Positions 1-9,127 are shown, counted from the first letter of the stretch. The stretch: DNA of 31,071 bases from an uncultured Gammaproteobacteria bacterium (GCA_964472595.1 CAYYLI010000001.1:1-31071); one strand, 5' to 3'. Numbers and translations are program-made. The notes: generated by a model from the sequence alone, not told the origin.

Positions 1-630
1 AGGTACTATTTCACCTCCCTCACCGGGATGCTTTTCACCTTTCCCTCACGGTACTGGTTCACTATCGATCATAAAAAGTATTTAGCCTTGGATCATAGTC
101 GACCCAGCTTCATACGGGATTTCTCGAGTCCCGCACTACTTAAGAACAATTATATTAGAGTAATATTTTTTTTACCTACCGGGCTATCACCGTCTCTGGC
201 TGAGCTTTCCAACTCATTTGGTTAAAAATATTATTTATGACTCTAACTCGTTTAATCTAAGAAACGAACACAACTGTCTTGCAACCCCCTATAAACATGT
301 GGGCTTAGACCCTTCTACAACATCTCATTCACAAAAGTAAACTCAATTATTGCGCAGTTTATAAAGTTTAGGCTCTTCCCCTTCCGCTCGCCGCTACTAA
401 GGGAATCATTATTATTATCTTTTCCTCCGGCTACTAAGATGTTTCAGTTCACCGGGTGCTCCCCCTCGCTAACGCGAGGGCATCCTGTCTTCAACAGGAT
501 AGGTTTCCCCATTCGGAAATCTACGGATCAAAGGTTGCTTGCCACCTCCCCGAAGCTTATCGCAGGCTGCTACGTCCTTCATCGTCTTTTTATGTCAAGG
601 CATCCACCATATACTCTTAACGAGATTTTC
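1..630 (-). rRNA. rrl: 23S rRNA, 5' ~630 nt (continues beyond window start)
   Basis: Reverse complement carries universal 23S domain I motifs (TAAGAGTATATGGTGGATGCCTTG, GAACTGAAACATCTTAGTAGCCGGAGGAAAAG, AGTAGCGGCGAGCG, GTGAACCAGTACCGTGAGGGAAAGG). 5' end placed by analogy to E. coli, +/- a few nt. Confidence 0.97.
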
Positions 631-671
631 TCACATTTTTGACTTTAAATTCAAAAATTTTTTGATTCTAA

Positions 672-707
672 AATTTTATTGTTGAAATTGCGTAAAACAA
701 TAAAATT
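672..707 (-). other. 12-bp perfect hairpin in pre-23S leader (possible processing stem)
   Basis: AATTTTATTGTT (672-683) / AACAATAAAATT (696-707), 12-nt loop; A/T-rich, so weak. Confidence 0.4.
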
Positions 708-811
708 GTCATTCTATTATTAAGGTTCATTTAAATATTAATTTTCAAACATCATCTAAGGATGCTGTTCGAATTTTTAATATCTAATTTTTAAAATGGC
801 AAAATGTTTTT

Positions 812-842
812 ACAAAAAGAAAAAACCGCACTAAAGCGGTCA
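812..842 (-). terminator. Intrinsic terminator-like hairpin inside the 23S leader
   Basis: Minus strand GACCGC-TTTAGT-GCGGTT followed by TTTTCTTTTTG. Confidence 0.55.
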
Positions 843-873
843 TTAAAAAAGCCCAACAAGACTTTTGACCGCT
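835..873 (-). promoter_or_regulatory. Antiterminator hairpin competing with the leader terminator
   Basis: 8-bp perfect inverted repeat 866-873 / 835-842 (AGCGGTCA/TGACCGCT) plus inner 5-bp AAAGT/GCTTT stem; uses the 5' arm of the terminator. Confidence 0.5.
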
Positions 874-937
874 AAATCTTATTAGATGAAGATTTATAAA
901 TAGTAGACACTATTTTCTTGTAAATATATTTTGTCAT
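872..937 (-). CDS. Putative 21-aa leader peptide MTKYIYKKIVSTIYKSSSNKI
   Basis: ATG about 5 nt after the predicted start site; TAG (874-872) overlaps the antiterminator 5' arm. Below the ORF-track cutoff; translation not demonstrated. Confidence 0.4.
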   Translation of the reverse strand: MTKYIYKKIVSTIYKSSSNKI

Positions 938-949
938 AGACTGGTTAGA

Positions 950-978
950 ATTATAAGGTATTTTTAAAAGTATGTCAA
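950..978 (-). promoter_or_regulatory. Consensus sigma70 promoter driving the 23S transcript
   Basis: TTGACA (978-973), 17-nt spacer, TATAAT (955-950); perfect consensus pointing at the 23S gene. Confidence 0.85.
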
Positions 979-1114
979 CACCCACAAAACCCCCGAAAAA
1001 TAAGGGAAAAATCATCAAATAATTTAGGTATTTTTTATAAACAATTTAAAATAAAATAATTTATAAAATTATATAATATTTTAAGAAAATTAAAACTAAT
1101 TTATTTATAAAAAA

Positions 1115-1984
1115 ATGAAGCGAAAAAATATTAAAAAAAATAAAATAATTTTAATAGCCCTGAGCGCTATTTTTTTATCGACCCTACTTCTCTATTCCTA
1201 TTTTTTGACATCCAGACAAAAAGAACTTCTAGTTTCTTTTATCGACTGTGGTCAAGCTGACTGTATTTTTATTAAATCTCCCAAAGGACAGCAAATAATA
1301 ATTGATTTTGGTGATAATAAAGGATTAAAAGATTTAGACAAAAGAATTGGTTGGTGGAATAAGACTATTGATTTATTAATCATAACTCACCCCCACGATG
1401 ATCATATTGCTGGCATGGTTAATATTATAAAAAAATATAAAGTAAAAAATATAATGTACACTGGAGTATTAGCCAGCTCTCCAATTTATACCGAATTATT
1501 AGAAATAATTAAACAGAAAAAAATACCCCTATTAATACCACAAAAAAACCAAACAATTTCCTTGGAGGAAAATTGCCATTTAAATATTCTATACCCTTTT
1601 GATAACTTACAAAATAAAGAAGTCGCTAATTTAAATAACAGCTCCATTGTCTCCCGACTAGAATGTTGGGGCTCTAGCTTTCTTTTTACCGGAGACGCCG
1701 AGATAGAAGCCGAAGATGAAATATTAAAACAAAATATTAATCTTAAAAGCGATGTTCTAAAAGCTGGCCACCACGGATCTATTACCTCTAATCAAGAAGA
1801 ATTTTTAGAAAAAATAGGGGCCAAAATAGCTATTGTTATGGTTGGAGAAAATAATAAATTTAATCACCCTAGTCTTCGTACTCTCAAGCGGCTGGAAAGA
1901 ATTGGGGCACAAATATTTCGCACTGACTTAAATGGGACTATTGATATTTTAAACAGAGGCCAAGGCCTAGAAATACAAAATTAA
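1115..1984 (+). CDS. ComEC/Rec2 C-terminal-type metallo-beta-lactamase-fold hydrolase (stand-alone, N-terminal membrane anchor)
   Basis: FIDCGQAD, THPHDDHIAG (HxHxDH), NNSSIV, FTGDAE, KAGHHGS, RTDLNGTI motifs; one N-terminal TM helix; no multi-TM competence domain. Confidence 0.9.
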   Translation: MKRKNIKKNKIILIALSAIFLSTLLLYSYFLTSRQKELLVSFIDCGQADCIFIKSPKGQQIIIDFGDNKGLKDLDKRIGWWNKTIDLLIITHPHDDHIAGMVNIIKKYKVKNIMYTGVLASSPIYTELLEIIKQKKIPLLIPQKNQTISLEENCHLNILYPFDNLQNKEVANLNNSSIVSRLECWGSSFLFTGDAEIEAEDEILKQNINLKSDVLKAGHHGSITSNQEEFLEKIGAKIAIVMVGENNKFNHPSLRTLKRLERIGAQIFRTDLNGTIDILNRGQGLEIQN

Positions 1985-1986
1985 AA

Positions 1987-2006
1987 ACAAGGTCACAAAA
2001 CCTTGT
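1987..2006. terminator. Hairpin between convergent comEC-like gene and pilT
   Basis: ACAAGGT-CACAAA-ACCTTGT. Confidence 0.55.
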
Positions 2007-2054
2007 CTTTAAAATATGCAAAATATTTACCAGATAAATCTAAATTTAAAAGTG

Positions 2055-3242
2055 TTAATTAAGCGCTAAATTATTATTTAAGAAATGTTGGGCTGTTTCA
2101 GAACTGATTATTTGTCTTTCATATAAATCTTTAACGCTACGTTCAAAACTAATCATACCCTCACTAGAATGAGTATTAATTACATTTTTAATTTGATTAA
2201 TTTTTTGTTCTCGAATTAAATTGGCAATAGCTGGATTATTAATTAATAATTCTCTAATAGCAGTTCGGCCACCAGAAACTTTTGGCACTAAAACTTGAGA
2301 AATAACAGCTGACAAAACCAAGGATAATTGAGACTTAATTTGATTTTGTTGATAAGGTGGAAAAACATCAATGATACGGTCAATAGTTTGAGCAGCATTA
2401 CAAGTATGCAAAGTCGCCAGCACCAAATGACCAGTTTCAGCCAAGGTAATAGCAGTTGAAATAGTTTCCAAATCACGCATTTCTCCCACCATAATAACGT
2501 TGGGATCTTGGCGTAAAACATGCTTTAAACCACTAGAGAAATTTGGCATGTCGGTTCCCAATTGTCTTTGAGTGATAACACTCTTATTAGATTTGAATAA
2601 AAATTCAATCGGATCTTCCAAAGTAACAACATTACAACTTAAATTATTATTAATATAGTCAATCATAGCAGCTAATGAAGTTGACTTTCCGCAACCAGTT
2701 GGGCCGGTAAGTAAAATTAAACCTTGTCTAGCATTTAATAAATCCTTTACTTTTTCTGGCATATCAATTTCTTCCAAGGTTGGATTTTTTTCAGGAATAA
2801 TTCTGGCCACCATTTTAAAATGACCACGTTCATAAGATAAATTTATTCTGAAACGAGCTCCATCAAATTGATGAGAAATATCATAGTCCTTCTCTTTATA
2901 AAATCTTTTTAATTGGTCCTCGTTTAATATTTCTTTAATCAATTTATGAACACTACCAGAACTAACGATTCTTTCATTTTCTTTTCCTCCTAACAAATCA
3001 TCCACATAAACAAAGGCGCCCTTCTTAGGAGCATTAGAGAATTCTTTAATACTATTTGTATTTTTTGCCTTTTTTTCTACAACAGTTAAATCCTCTCGAG
3101 CTGCCAGAGGGGCTAAATTATGAGATTCATCTAAAGTAAATAAATCTCCATCAATTCTAATCACTGGCGCCAGACCATGAACTAAATGCACGTCCGAAGC
3201 TCTATTAGCAATAGCTATTTGAAATATTTGATTAATATTCAT
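2055..3242 (-). CDS. pilT: Type IV pilus retraction ATPase PilT (with ~50-aa N-domain insertion)
   Basis: ASDVHL, Walker A GPTGCGKST, Asp box TLEDPIE, Walker B IMVGEMRD, His box TLHT, AIANLIRE (AIRNLIRE-like). Confidence 0.93.
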   Translation of the reverse strand: MNINQIFQIAIANRASDVHLVHGLAPVIRIDGDLFTLDESHNLAPLAAREDLTVVEKKAKNTNSIKEFSNAPKKGAFVYVDDLLGGKENERIVSSGSVHKLIKEILNEDQLKRFYKEKDYDISHQFDGARFRINLSYERGHFKMVARIIPEKNPTLEEIDMPEKVKDLLNARQGLILLTGPTGCGKSTSLAAMIDYINNNLSCNVVTLEDPIEFLFKSNKSVITQRQLGTDMPNFSSGLKHVLRQDPNVIMVGEMRDLETISTAITLAETGHLVLATLHTCNAAQTIDRIIDVFPPYQQNQIKSQLSLVLSAVISQVLVPKVSGGRTAIRELLINNPAIANLIREQKINQIKNVINTHSSEGMISFERSVKDLYERQIISSETAQHFLNNNLALN

Positions 3243-3279
3243 AAAATTAAATATTTATAAATTAAAAGCATTTTTAATT

Positions 3280-3975
3280 TTAAGACCACTGTTTAGCTTC
3301 CAATCCTTTTTCGGCTGCGCTAGTTTGAGCCTCTTGTTTGGAAGTGCCATCTCCCACAGCTACTAACTCTTCATCTAAAAACAAACCAACAGTAAATTTT
3401 TTAGCATGATCAGGACCCTCCTCTTTCAAAACTTTGTAAGAAGGGGTAATACCACAAACTTCTTGCGAAACTTCTTGAAATCTAGATTTAGGATCAACAT
3501 AAGCTTTTCTCTGAACAATATCGTCTAAATTTTTTACAATATTTTTGAAAATGAATTTTTTAGCCACTTCAATTCCCTGGTCCAAATAAATAGCCCCAAT
3601 AATAGCTTCCACACTATTGGCTAAAATATATTGACGGGCTTTGGAGTCTTTGTCGCGTGATTCGCCCTTGGATAACATTAAATGTTTTTCAAAGTTTAAT
3701 TCCTTGGCTACCTGAAATAACATTTTGGCATTAACCAAACTGGCTCGCCAATTAGTTAGTTCTCCTTCTGGTTTGTCTGGAAAATTAACATACAAAAATT
3801 CAGTAACAATAATTTCCAAAACTGCATCACCTAAAAATTCCAATCTTTCATTGTGCCCTACCTCGCAATCAGGATGCTCATTTAAATAAGAGCGGTGGGT
3901 TAGGGCTTGTTTAATTAAATCTTTATTTTTAAATTTGACGTCTATTATTTTTTCTAAGTCGTTTAATTTATACAT
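3280..3975 (-). CDS. rnc: Ribonuclease III
   Basis: NERLEFLGDAVL signature, C-terminal dsRBD (DPKSRFQE...GPDHAKKF...SKQEAQ). Confidence 0.97.
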   Translation of the reverse strand: MYKLNDLEKIIDVKFKNKDLIKQALTHRSYLNEHPDCEVGHNERLEFLGDAVLEIIVTEFLYVNFPDKPEGELTNWRASLVNAKMLFQVAKELNFEKHLMLSKGESRDKDSKARQYILANSVEAIIGAIYLDQGIEVAKKFIFKNIVKNLDDIVQRKAYVDPKSRFQEVSQEVCGITPSYKVLKEEGPDHAKKFTVGLFLDEELVAVGDGTSKQEAQTSAAEKGLEAKQWS

Positions 3976-3998
3976 ATAAATTATTTTAGTTCTTGACC

Positions 3999-4508
3999 TT
4001 ACTCTTCCTTTTTTTCAGCTGAAAGGTCTTTGGATTCAGCCTGAGAAGATTCTTCTTTTTTAGGAGTTGAAAGTTCCTCCTTTTTCTTTTTTAAATCTTC
4101 TGGCATGTCACTATATATTGAACCCAAAACTCCATTGATGAATTTGCCAGAAGAATCACCACCAAAATTTTTAGCTACTTCAATAGCTTCATTAATAGCC
4201 ACTTTTGGTGGAATTGATGTTGAAAAAACCAATTCATAAATACCTAAACGTAATACATTTCTATCAATCCCGGTAATCTGGTCTATCGGCCATTCAGGAG
4301 CATATTTTTTGATATAATTATCAATATCATCAATATGTTCTGAAATACCGCTAATTAATTCCTTTACAAAACCACCGTCATCAAAATCCGGTGCGAAATT
4401 ATCAAAATTCTCCTGCATGATCTCATCCAGGTTTTTGCTTTTTTTATTAAAATCCCATACAAACAAGGTTTGCATGGCTAATGTTCTTGATAAGTGTCTA
4501 TTTGCCAT
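3999..4508 (-). CDS. nusB: Transcription antitermination factor NusB
   Basis: [43 protein letters not shown]. Confidence 0.95.
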   Translation of the reverse strand: MANRHLSRTLAMQTLFVWDFNKKSKNLDEIMQENFDNFAPDFDDGGFVKELISGISEHIDDIDNYIKKYAPEWPIDQITGIDRNVLRLGIYELVFSTSIPPKVAINEAIEVAKNFGGDSSGKFINGVLGSIYSDMPEDLKKKKEELSTPKKEESSQAESKDLSAEKKEE

Positions 4509-4555
4509 AAATAAATAATAAACAAAATTAAAAGCACCTGATAGTGCCTTTAATT

Positions 4556-4756
4556 TTATTTCTTAGTTTTAGTAGTCTTAGTTTTAACTTGCAAAACTGT
4601 TTTTCCTTTGTAATTTCCGCAGAAACCACAAGCGCTATGAGGAGCTATCGCTTGACCACATTTTGGACAGGTTCCCAAAATCTTCTTTTTTAAAGCTTGA
4701 TGTGAACGATTTTGCCCTACAGACGATCTAGTCTTTCTCTTTTTTGGTACAGACAT
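4556..4756 (-). CDS. rpmF: 50S ribosomal protein L32 (Zn-ribbon type)
   Basis: MSVPKKRKT...CPKCG...[13 protein letters not shown]. Confidence 0.95.
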   Translation of the reverse strand: MSVPKKRKTRSSVGQNRSHQALKKKILGTCPKCGQAIAPHSACGFCGNYKGKTVLQVKTKTTKTKK

Positions 4757-4807
4757 ATTTTTTTAATTAATATTTTATTTTTAATTTTTAAAAACTCAAT
4801 ATAATCC

Positions 4808-4836
4808 AGTATAATTGAAAAATAAAGATTAGTCAA
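4808..4836 (-). promoter_or_regulatory. Promoter of rpmF-nusB-rnc-pilT
   Basis: TTGACT (4836-4831), 17 nt, TATACT (4813-4808). Confidence 0.65.
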
Positions 4837-4845
4837 TTTCAAGAA

Positions 4846-4869
4846 AAAAGAGGCAAAATTGCCTCTTTT
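4846..4869 (-). terminator. Terminator after ftsH
   Basis: AAAAGAGGCAA-AA-TTGCCTCTTTT inverted repeat with T-run on the minus strand. Confidence 0.75.
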
Positions 4870-4872
4870 CTT

Positions 4873-6693
4873 TTAAGCAAATTTTTTAACAATTTTATCA
4901 AATTCATCTTTTTCAATAGTTTCTTTCTTAAGTAATACTTTTACTATTTCCTCTAAACATTCTCGATTTTCTCGCAAAATCTTTTCCGCTCTAATTTCTC
5001 CTTCCTTAATTATCTCAGAAATTTCTTCATCAATCTTTTCTGCTATTTTTTCACTATAATCTCTTTGTTCATGAATTTCCCTGCCTAAGAAAATCATTTC
5101 TTCTTTTTCACCAAAAGTTCTAAGACCCAAACGATTACTCATGCCATAATCAGTAATTAAGTGGCGAGCTAAATTGGTTGCTCGTCTTAAATCAGAAGTG
5201 GCCCCGGTAGTAACTTGGCCCAAAATATTTCTCTCAGTCAAATTCCCAGCTAACAAAACAGCAATCTCATCTAAGAAATAATCTTTGGTATACAGTCTCT
5301 TATCACTGCTGGGCAATTTCAAAGTATAACCACCCGCTTGGCCACGAGCAATAATTGATATTTTGTGCACTGGATCAGCTAAAGGCGAAAAATGAGCCAC
5401 CAAAGCATGGCCAGCTTCGTGATAAGCAATTACTTTTTTTTCTTCCTCACTAATCACTCGACTACGTCTCTCTGGCCCCATCATTACTTTTTCAATAGCC
5501 TCAAAAATATCAAGTAATTCAATAACCTTTTTATCTTGTCGAGCCGCTAAAATAGCACCCTCATTTAAAACATTAGCTAAATCAGCTCCGGAAAATCCTG
5601 GTGTTCTTTCAGCAATTTTTTTCAAATCAATACTTTTATCCAATGGTTTTTTCTTGGCGTGAACTTGTAGAATCTCCTCTCTATCTTTTAGATCGGGAGA
5701 ATCAATCATCACTTGTCTATCAAAACGACCTGGGCGAAGCAAAGCTGGATCTAACACATCCGGCCTATTAGTTGCTGCTACCACAATAATATTTACATTA
5801 GATTCAAAACCATCCATTTCTACCAATATTTGGTTTAAAGTCTGTTCTCTTTCATCATGTGAGCCACCAAGACCTGCTCCACGACGACGACCGACAGCAT
5901 CTATTTCATCAATAAAGACAATGCAAGGAGAATTCTTTTTAGCTTTTTGAAAAAGTGAACGAACACGAGAGGCTCCAACACCCACAAACATTTCTACAAA
6001 TTCAGAACCAGAGATACTATAAAAAGGAACATTGGCCTCACCCGCAACAGCTTTAGCCATTAAAGTTTTTCCAGTTCCAGGACTACCTAAAAGTAATACA
6101 CCTTTAGGAATTCTGGCTCCCAAGTCGTGAAACTTTTTGGGTTGGCGTAAAAACTCTACTATTTCAGATAATTCTTGTTTAGCTTCTTTAGCTCCAGCTA
6201 CATCAGCAAAAGTAATCTTGTTTTTTGAACTATTATCAAATTCTCGTGCCTGTGACTGACCGAACATCATAGCTTTGGAGTTGGCACCAGCTACATTGCG
6301 CATCATAAAATACAAGAAAATAACAACTAAAATAAAAGGTAAAATAAACGGCAACCATGAAATTAATAAAGTTCCAAAGCTATCATCTTCCTTGACCACA
6401 ATTTTAAAACGAGAAATCTTTTCTGGATTAACCGCTAAATTATTTAAAAGAGATGACAGTGACTCACCACTTTCTTTTTTAACAATTTTTTTATCGCCTG
6501 AATTTAAAATAATATTAATATTATTTCCTGTGACTGCCACTTCTGAAATCTGTTCATCATTAATCAAGGCTACAAAATCATTAACACCAATATTTTCTGG
6601 CTTTTTATTTTTACCAGAAAAAAAACTAAGCAGAGTTGCCAGTATTAAAAAAATAAAAACAAAAAGCAAAAAATTCTTAAAAAAATTCTTCAT
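4873..6693 (-). CDS. ftsH: ATP-dependent zinc metalloprotease FtsH
   Basis: Two N-terminal TM helices, [29 protein letters not shown] zinc motif. Confidence 0.98.
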   Translation of the reverse strand: MKNFFKNFLLFVFIFLILATLLSFFSGKNKKPENIGVNDFVALINDEQISEVAVTGNNINIILNSGDKKIVKKESGESLSSLLNNLAVNPEKISRFKIVVKEDDSFGTLLISWLPFILPFILVVIFLYFMMRNVAGANSKAMMFGQSQAREFDNSSKNKITFADVAGAKEAKQELSEIVEFLRQPKKFHDLGARIPKGVLLLGSPGTGKTLMAKAVAGEANVPFYSISGSEFVEMFVGVGASRVRSLFQKAKKNSPCIVFIDEIDAVGRRRGAGLGGSHDEREQTLNQILVEMDGFESNVNIIVVAATNRPDVLDPALLRPGRFDRQVMIDSPDLKDREEILQVHAKKKPLDKSIDLKKIAERTPGFSGADLANVLNEGAILAARQDKKVIELLDIFEAIEKVMMGPERRSRVISEEEKKVIAYHEAGHALVAHFSPLADPVHKISIIARGQAGGYTLKLPSSDKRLYTKDYFLDEIAVLLAGNLTERNILGQVTTGATSDLRRATNLARHLITDYGMSNRLGLRTFGEKEEMIFLGREIHEQRDYSEKIAEKIDEEISEIIKEGEIRAEKILRENRECLEEIVKVLLKKETIEKDEFDKIVKKFA

Positions 6694-6754
6694 AATATTT
6701 ATAAATATTAATTAATTATTACTTCTATAATTATATAATAATTTTCACTTAAAA

Positions 6755-6782
6755 ACAAATGAGGGTCGAAACCCTCATTTGT
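6755..6782 (-). terminator. Terminator after rpsA
   Basis: 12-bp stem ACAAATGAGGGT/ACCCTCATTTGT with a TTCG loop on the minus strand. Confidence 0.75.
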
Positions 6783-6812
6783 ATTTAATCTGTTTAAAAT
6801 ATTTTTTACTCC

Positions 6813-8018
6813 CTATTCTTCACTTTTAACAACCTTCTTTTTGCTAGCTGTTTTTTTGTCTTCTGCTTCTGTTTCTACCTCAGATTCTTCCTTGCCCCCT
6901 TCTTTGGCTTCAGCATCTTTCTTTCCTTTTTTGCCCTCTTTAACAATCTTCAAGCCTAAGCGGTGGTCAGAAGGAGAAACTGATAAAATTTCAAAGTCTA
7001 ATTCATCACCAGCCTTGAATAAATCAGCAATTTTTTCCTTAGCACCCATTCCTAATTGAGTAATATGAGCTAAACCATGAATTTCTTCATCTAATTTAAC
7101 GAATAAACCAAAAGGATTAATTTTCAAGATTTGTCCTTTAACAACTTGTCCAATTTGGTATTTTTCAACTGCTTTTTTCCAAGGATCTTCTACAATCTTT
7201 TTAGCACTCAAGAAAATTTTATTATTGTCTAGGTTTACAATTTCAGCTTTAATAAGATCTCCGACTTTATAAATTTTTTCTGGAGAATCAATTCTTTGCC
7301 AAGCTAATTCAGAAATATGAATTAAACCTTCCATGCCTTCACCAAATGAAATAAAGACACCAAAATTGGTTACAGCTGAGATTTTTCCATCAACCACCAT
7401 ACCAACTTTATATTTATCAATAATGTGTTTTTGTTTTTTGTTCCAAACATCTTTTTCACTGAAAATAATTTTGTCAGATTCTGTTCCTAAATTAATAACA
7501 TTTACTTCAAAATCTTGACCAACAAAAGATTTCAATTTTTCTAATATTTTTTGTTTGTCGCCTCCGCTAACTCTAGGATAATTTTCTGGAGAAAGTTGAG
7601 AAACTGGTAAGAACCCTGGAATTTGATGATACCTAACAAGCAATCCGCCTTTGTTAGCATCAATAATTCTAACTTTAACAATTTCACGATTCTTTAAAGC
7701 TTCTTCTAATTTAAGCCAAGCCTTTTCTTGACCAGCTTGTTTAAATGATAACTCCAAATCACCATTTTCGTTTTCTTCATCAATAACAGTTGCCTCTACT
7801 TCGTCTCCTGCTTTTAAATTGGCAAATTCTTCAGCCTCAAAATATAATTCTGGGCCACGAACAATACCAATAAAAATACCACCAATATCCAAACGAACTT
7901 CGGATTTAGAAGCAGCAATAACTTTACCAATAACAATGTCGCCAATTTTTGGAATATTTATTTTGTCTTGCTCTAACAAAGCTTCCAAAATATGACTATT
8001 TTTCTTTTCTTCACTCAT
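6813..8018 (-). CDS. rpsA: 30S ribosomal protein S1 (about 4 S1 domains plus charged tail)
   Basis: Repeated S1 motifs (FGVFISFG..EGLIHISEL; FGLFVKL...HGLAHITQL). Confidence 0.93.
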   Translation of the reverse strand: MSEEKKNSHILEALLEQDKINIPKIGDIVIGKVIAASKSEVRLDIGGIFIGIVRGPELYFEAEEFANLKAGDEVEATVIDEENENGDLELSFKQAGQEKAWLKLEEALKNREIVKVRIIDANKGGLLVRYHQIPGFLPVSQLSPENYPRVSGGDKQKILEKLKSFVGQDFEVNVINLGTESDKIIFSEKDVWNKKQKHIIDKYKVGMVVDGKISAVTNFGVFISFGEGMEGLIHISELAWQRIDSPEKIYKVGDLIKAEIVNLDNNKIFLSAKKIVEDPWKKAVEKYQIGQVVKGQILKINPFGLFVKLDEEIHGLAHITQLGMGAKEKIADLFKAGDELDFEILSVSPSDHRLGLKIVKEGKKGKKDAEAKEGGKEESEVETEAEDKKTASKKKVVKSEE

Positions 8019-8124
8019 ATTAAATAAAAAAAGATGAGTTAACCTTCTCTTTTAAAAAGTAGAAAGTCCCCAAACACCTTGCGATTTGGGATATTTATAA
8101 AAGGCTTAATTTAATTGTGAACAA

Positions 8125-8153
8125 ATTATATAATATTATTTTAAAAAAAGCAA
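8125..8153 (-). promoter_or_regulatory. rpsA promoter
   Basis: TTGCTT (8153-8148), 17 nt, TATAAT (8130-8125). Confidence 0.6.
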
Positions 8154-8188
8154 GAGCTATTTCTAAACCTTTTTAGACCGCAAATAAT

Positions 8189-8217
8189 TAGACAAAAAAA
8201 CAAATAATGACTATAAT
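8189..8217 (+). promoter_or_regulatory. Promoter of DUF368 gene (divergent from rpsA)
   Basis: TAGACA (8189-8194), 17 nt, TATAAT (8212-8217). Confidence 0.6.
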
Positions 8218-8248
8218 TAATGATATAAATAGAATTAATTAGAAAAAA

Positions 8249-9112
8249 ATGAAAAAAGCTTTCTTTACCTTTTTGAAAGGCGTGGCCATGGGCACGGTTG
8301 ATATTATCCCGGGAGTTTCTGGCGGAACAATGGCTTTAATACTCAAAATCTACGACAAAATTATCGACCAATTACAAAAAATAAACTTAGTTTTATTAAA
8401 AAACTTTCTGAGAGGACGTTTTCAATTAGTTTTTGCTCAAATTGACCTGCGATTTTTATTAGCTTTAATACTAGGTATCGGAACCGCTATTATGAGCTTG
8501 GCCCACATTATTAGTTGGGGCTTAGAAAAATACCCAATTTATTTATTCAGTTTGTTTTTTGGTTTAATAATTGCTTCTTCAATCTTATTAATTCCTAGAA
8601 AAAATATAAAAGGGGCTTCTATAATATTTTTAATCTTAGGTTTTATTATTGCTTGGATAATTACCTCTTTGACATCAGCTAATACTCCAGAAAATTATGC
8701 TTTCATATTTCTAAGCGGATCTATTGCTATTTGCGCTATGATACTCCCAGGAATTAGCGGATCTTTCGTGCTTTTACTTTTAGGAAAATATGAATTCATT
8801 TTAAACACTATCAAAAATCCATTTATTTTAAATAATCTAATTATTATAATTATTTTTATTCTGGGTTGTATTATTGGATTATTAGCATTTTCTCGCCTTT
8901 TAAATTTTCTTCTAAAAAAATATTATACTCCAACCTTAATGCTTTTGATTGGTTTTATGCTTGGATCACTTAATAAAATCTGGCCCTTCAAAATAGCGCA
9001 AAAAAATGTTTGGCCAAATATCAACCAAGAATTTTTTATTGCTCTCGGATTAGCTATCCTAGGAATTATTATTGGCTACTTCTTGAGCAAGGTTAAAAAG
9101 GAAAAAGAATAA
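8249..9112 (+). CDS. DUF368 family membrane protein (undecaprenyl-phosphate translocase family)
   Basis: KGVAMGTVDIIPGVSGGT and ICAMILPGISGSFVLLLLG repeats; highly hydrophobic. Confidence 0.9.
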   Translation: MKKAFFTFLKGVAMGTVDIIPGVSGGTMALILKIYDKIIDQLQKINLVLLKNFLRGRFQLVFAQIDLRFLLALILGIGTAIMSLAHIISWGLEKYPIYLFSLFFGLIIASSILLIPRKNIKGASIIFLILGFIIAWIITSLTSANTPENYAFIFLSGSIAICAMILPGISGSFVLLLLGKYEFILNTIKNPFILNNLIIIIIFILGCIIGLLAFSRLLNFLLKKYYTPTLMLLIGFMLGSLNKIWPFKIAQKNVWPNINQEFFIALGLAILGIIIGYFLSKVKKEKE

Positions 9113-9127
9113 CAAAAAAATATAAAC

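Noticed and set aside
297-356. H15 insertion as a group I intron or homing-endonuclease element
   Set aside because: Only 60 nt, with no ORF and no P/Q/R/S core.
28-642. ORF-track entries 28-225 and 439-642 (+)
   Set aside because: Antisense to the 23S rRNA; well-known spurious frames with no protein motifs.
4532-4549. Small hairpin between rpmF and nusB as a regulatory switch
   Set aside because: 5-bp stem with no alternative pairing seen; at most a partial terminator reducing downstream expression.
6275-7518. ORFs 6275-6715, 6841-7059, 7333-7518 (+)
   Set aside because: Shadow frames antisense to ftsH and rpsA, arising from codon bias.
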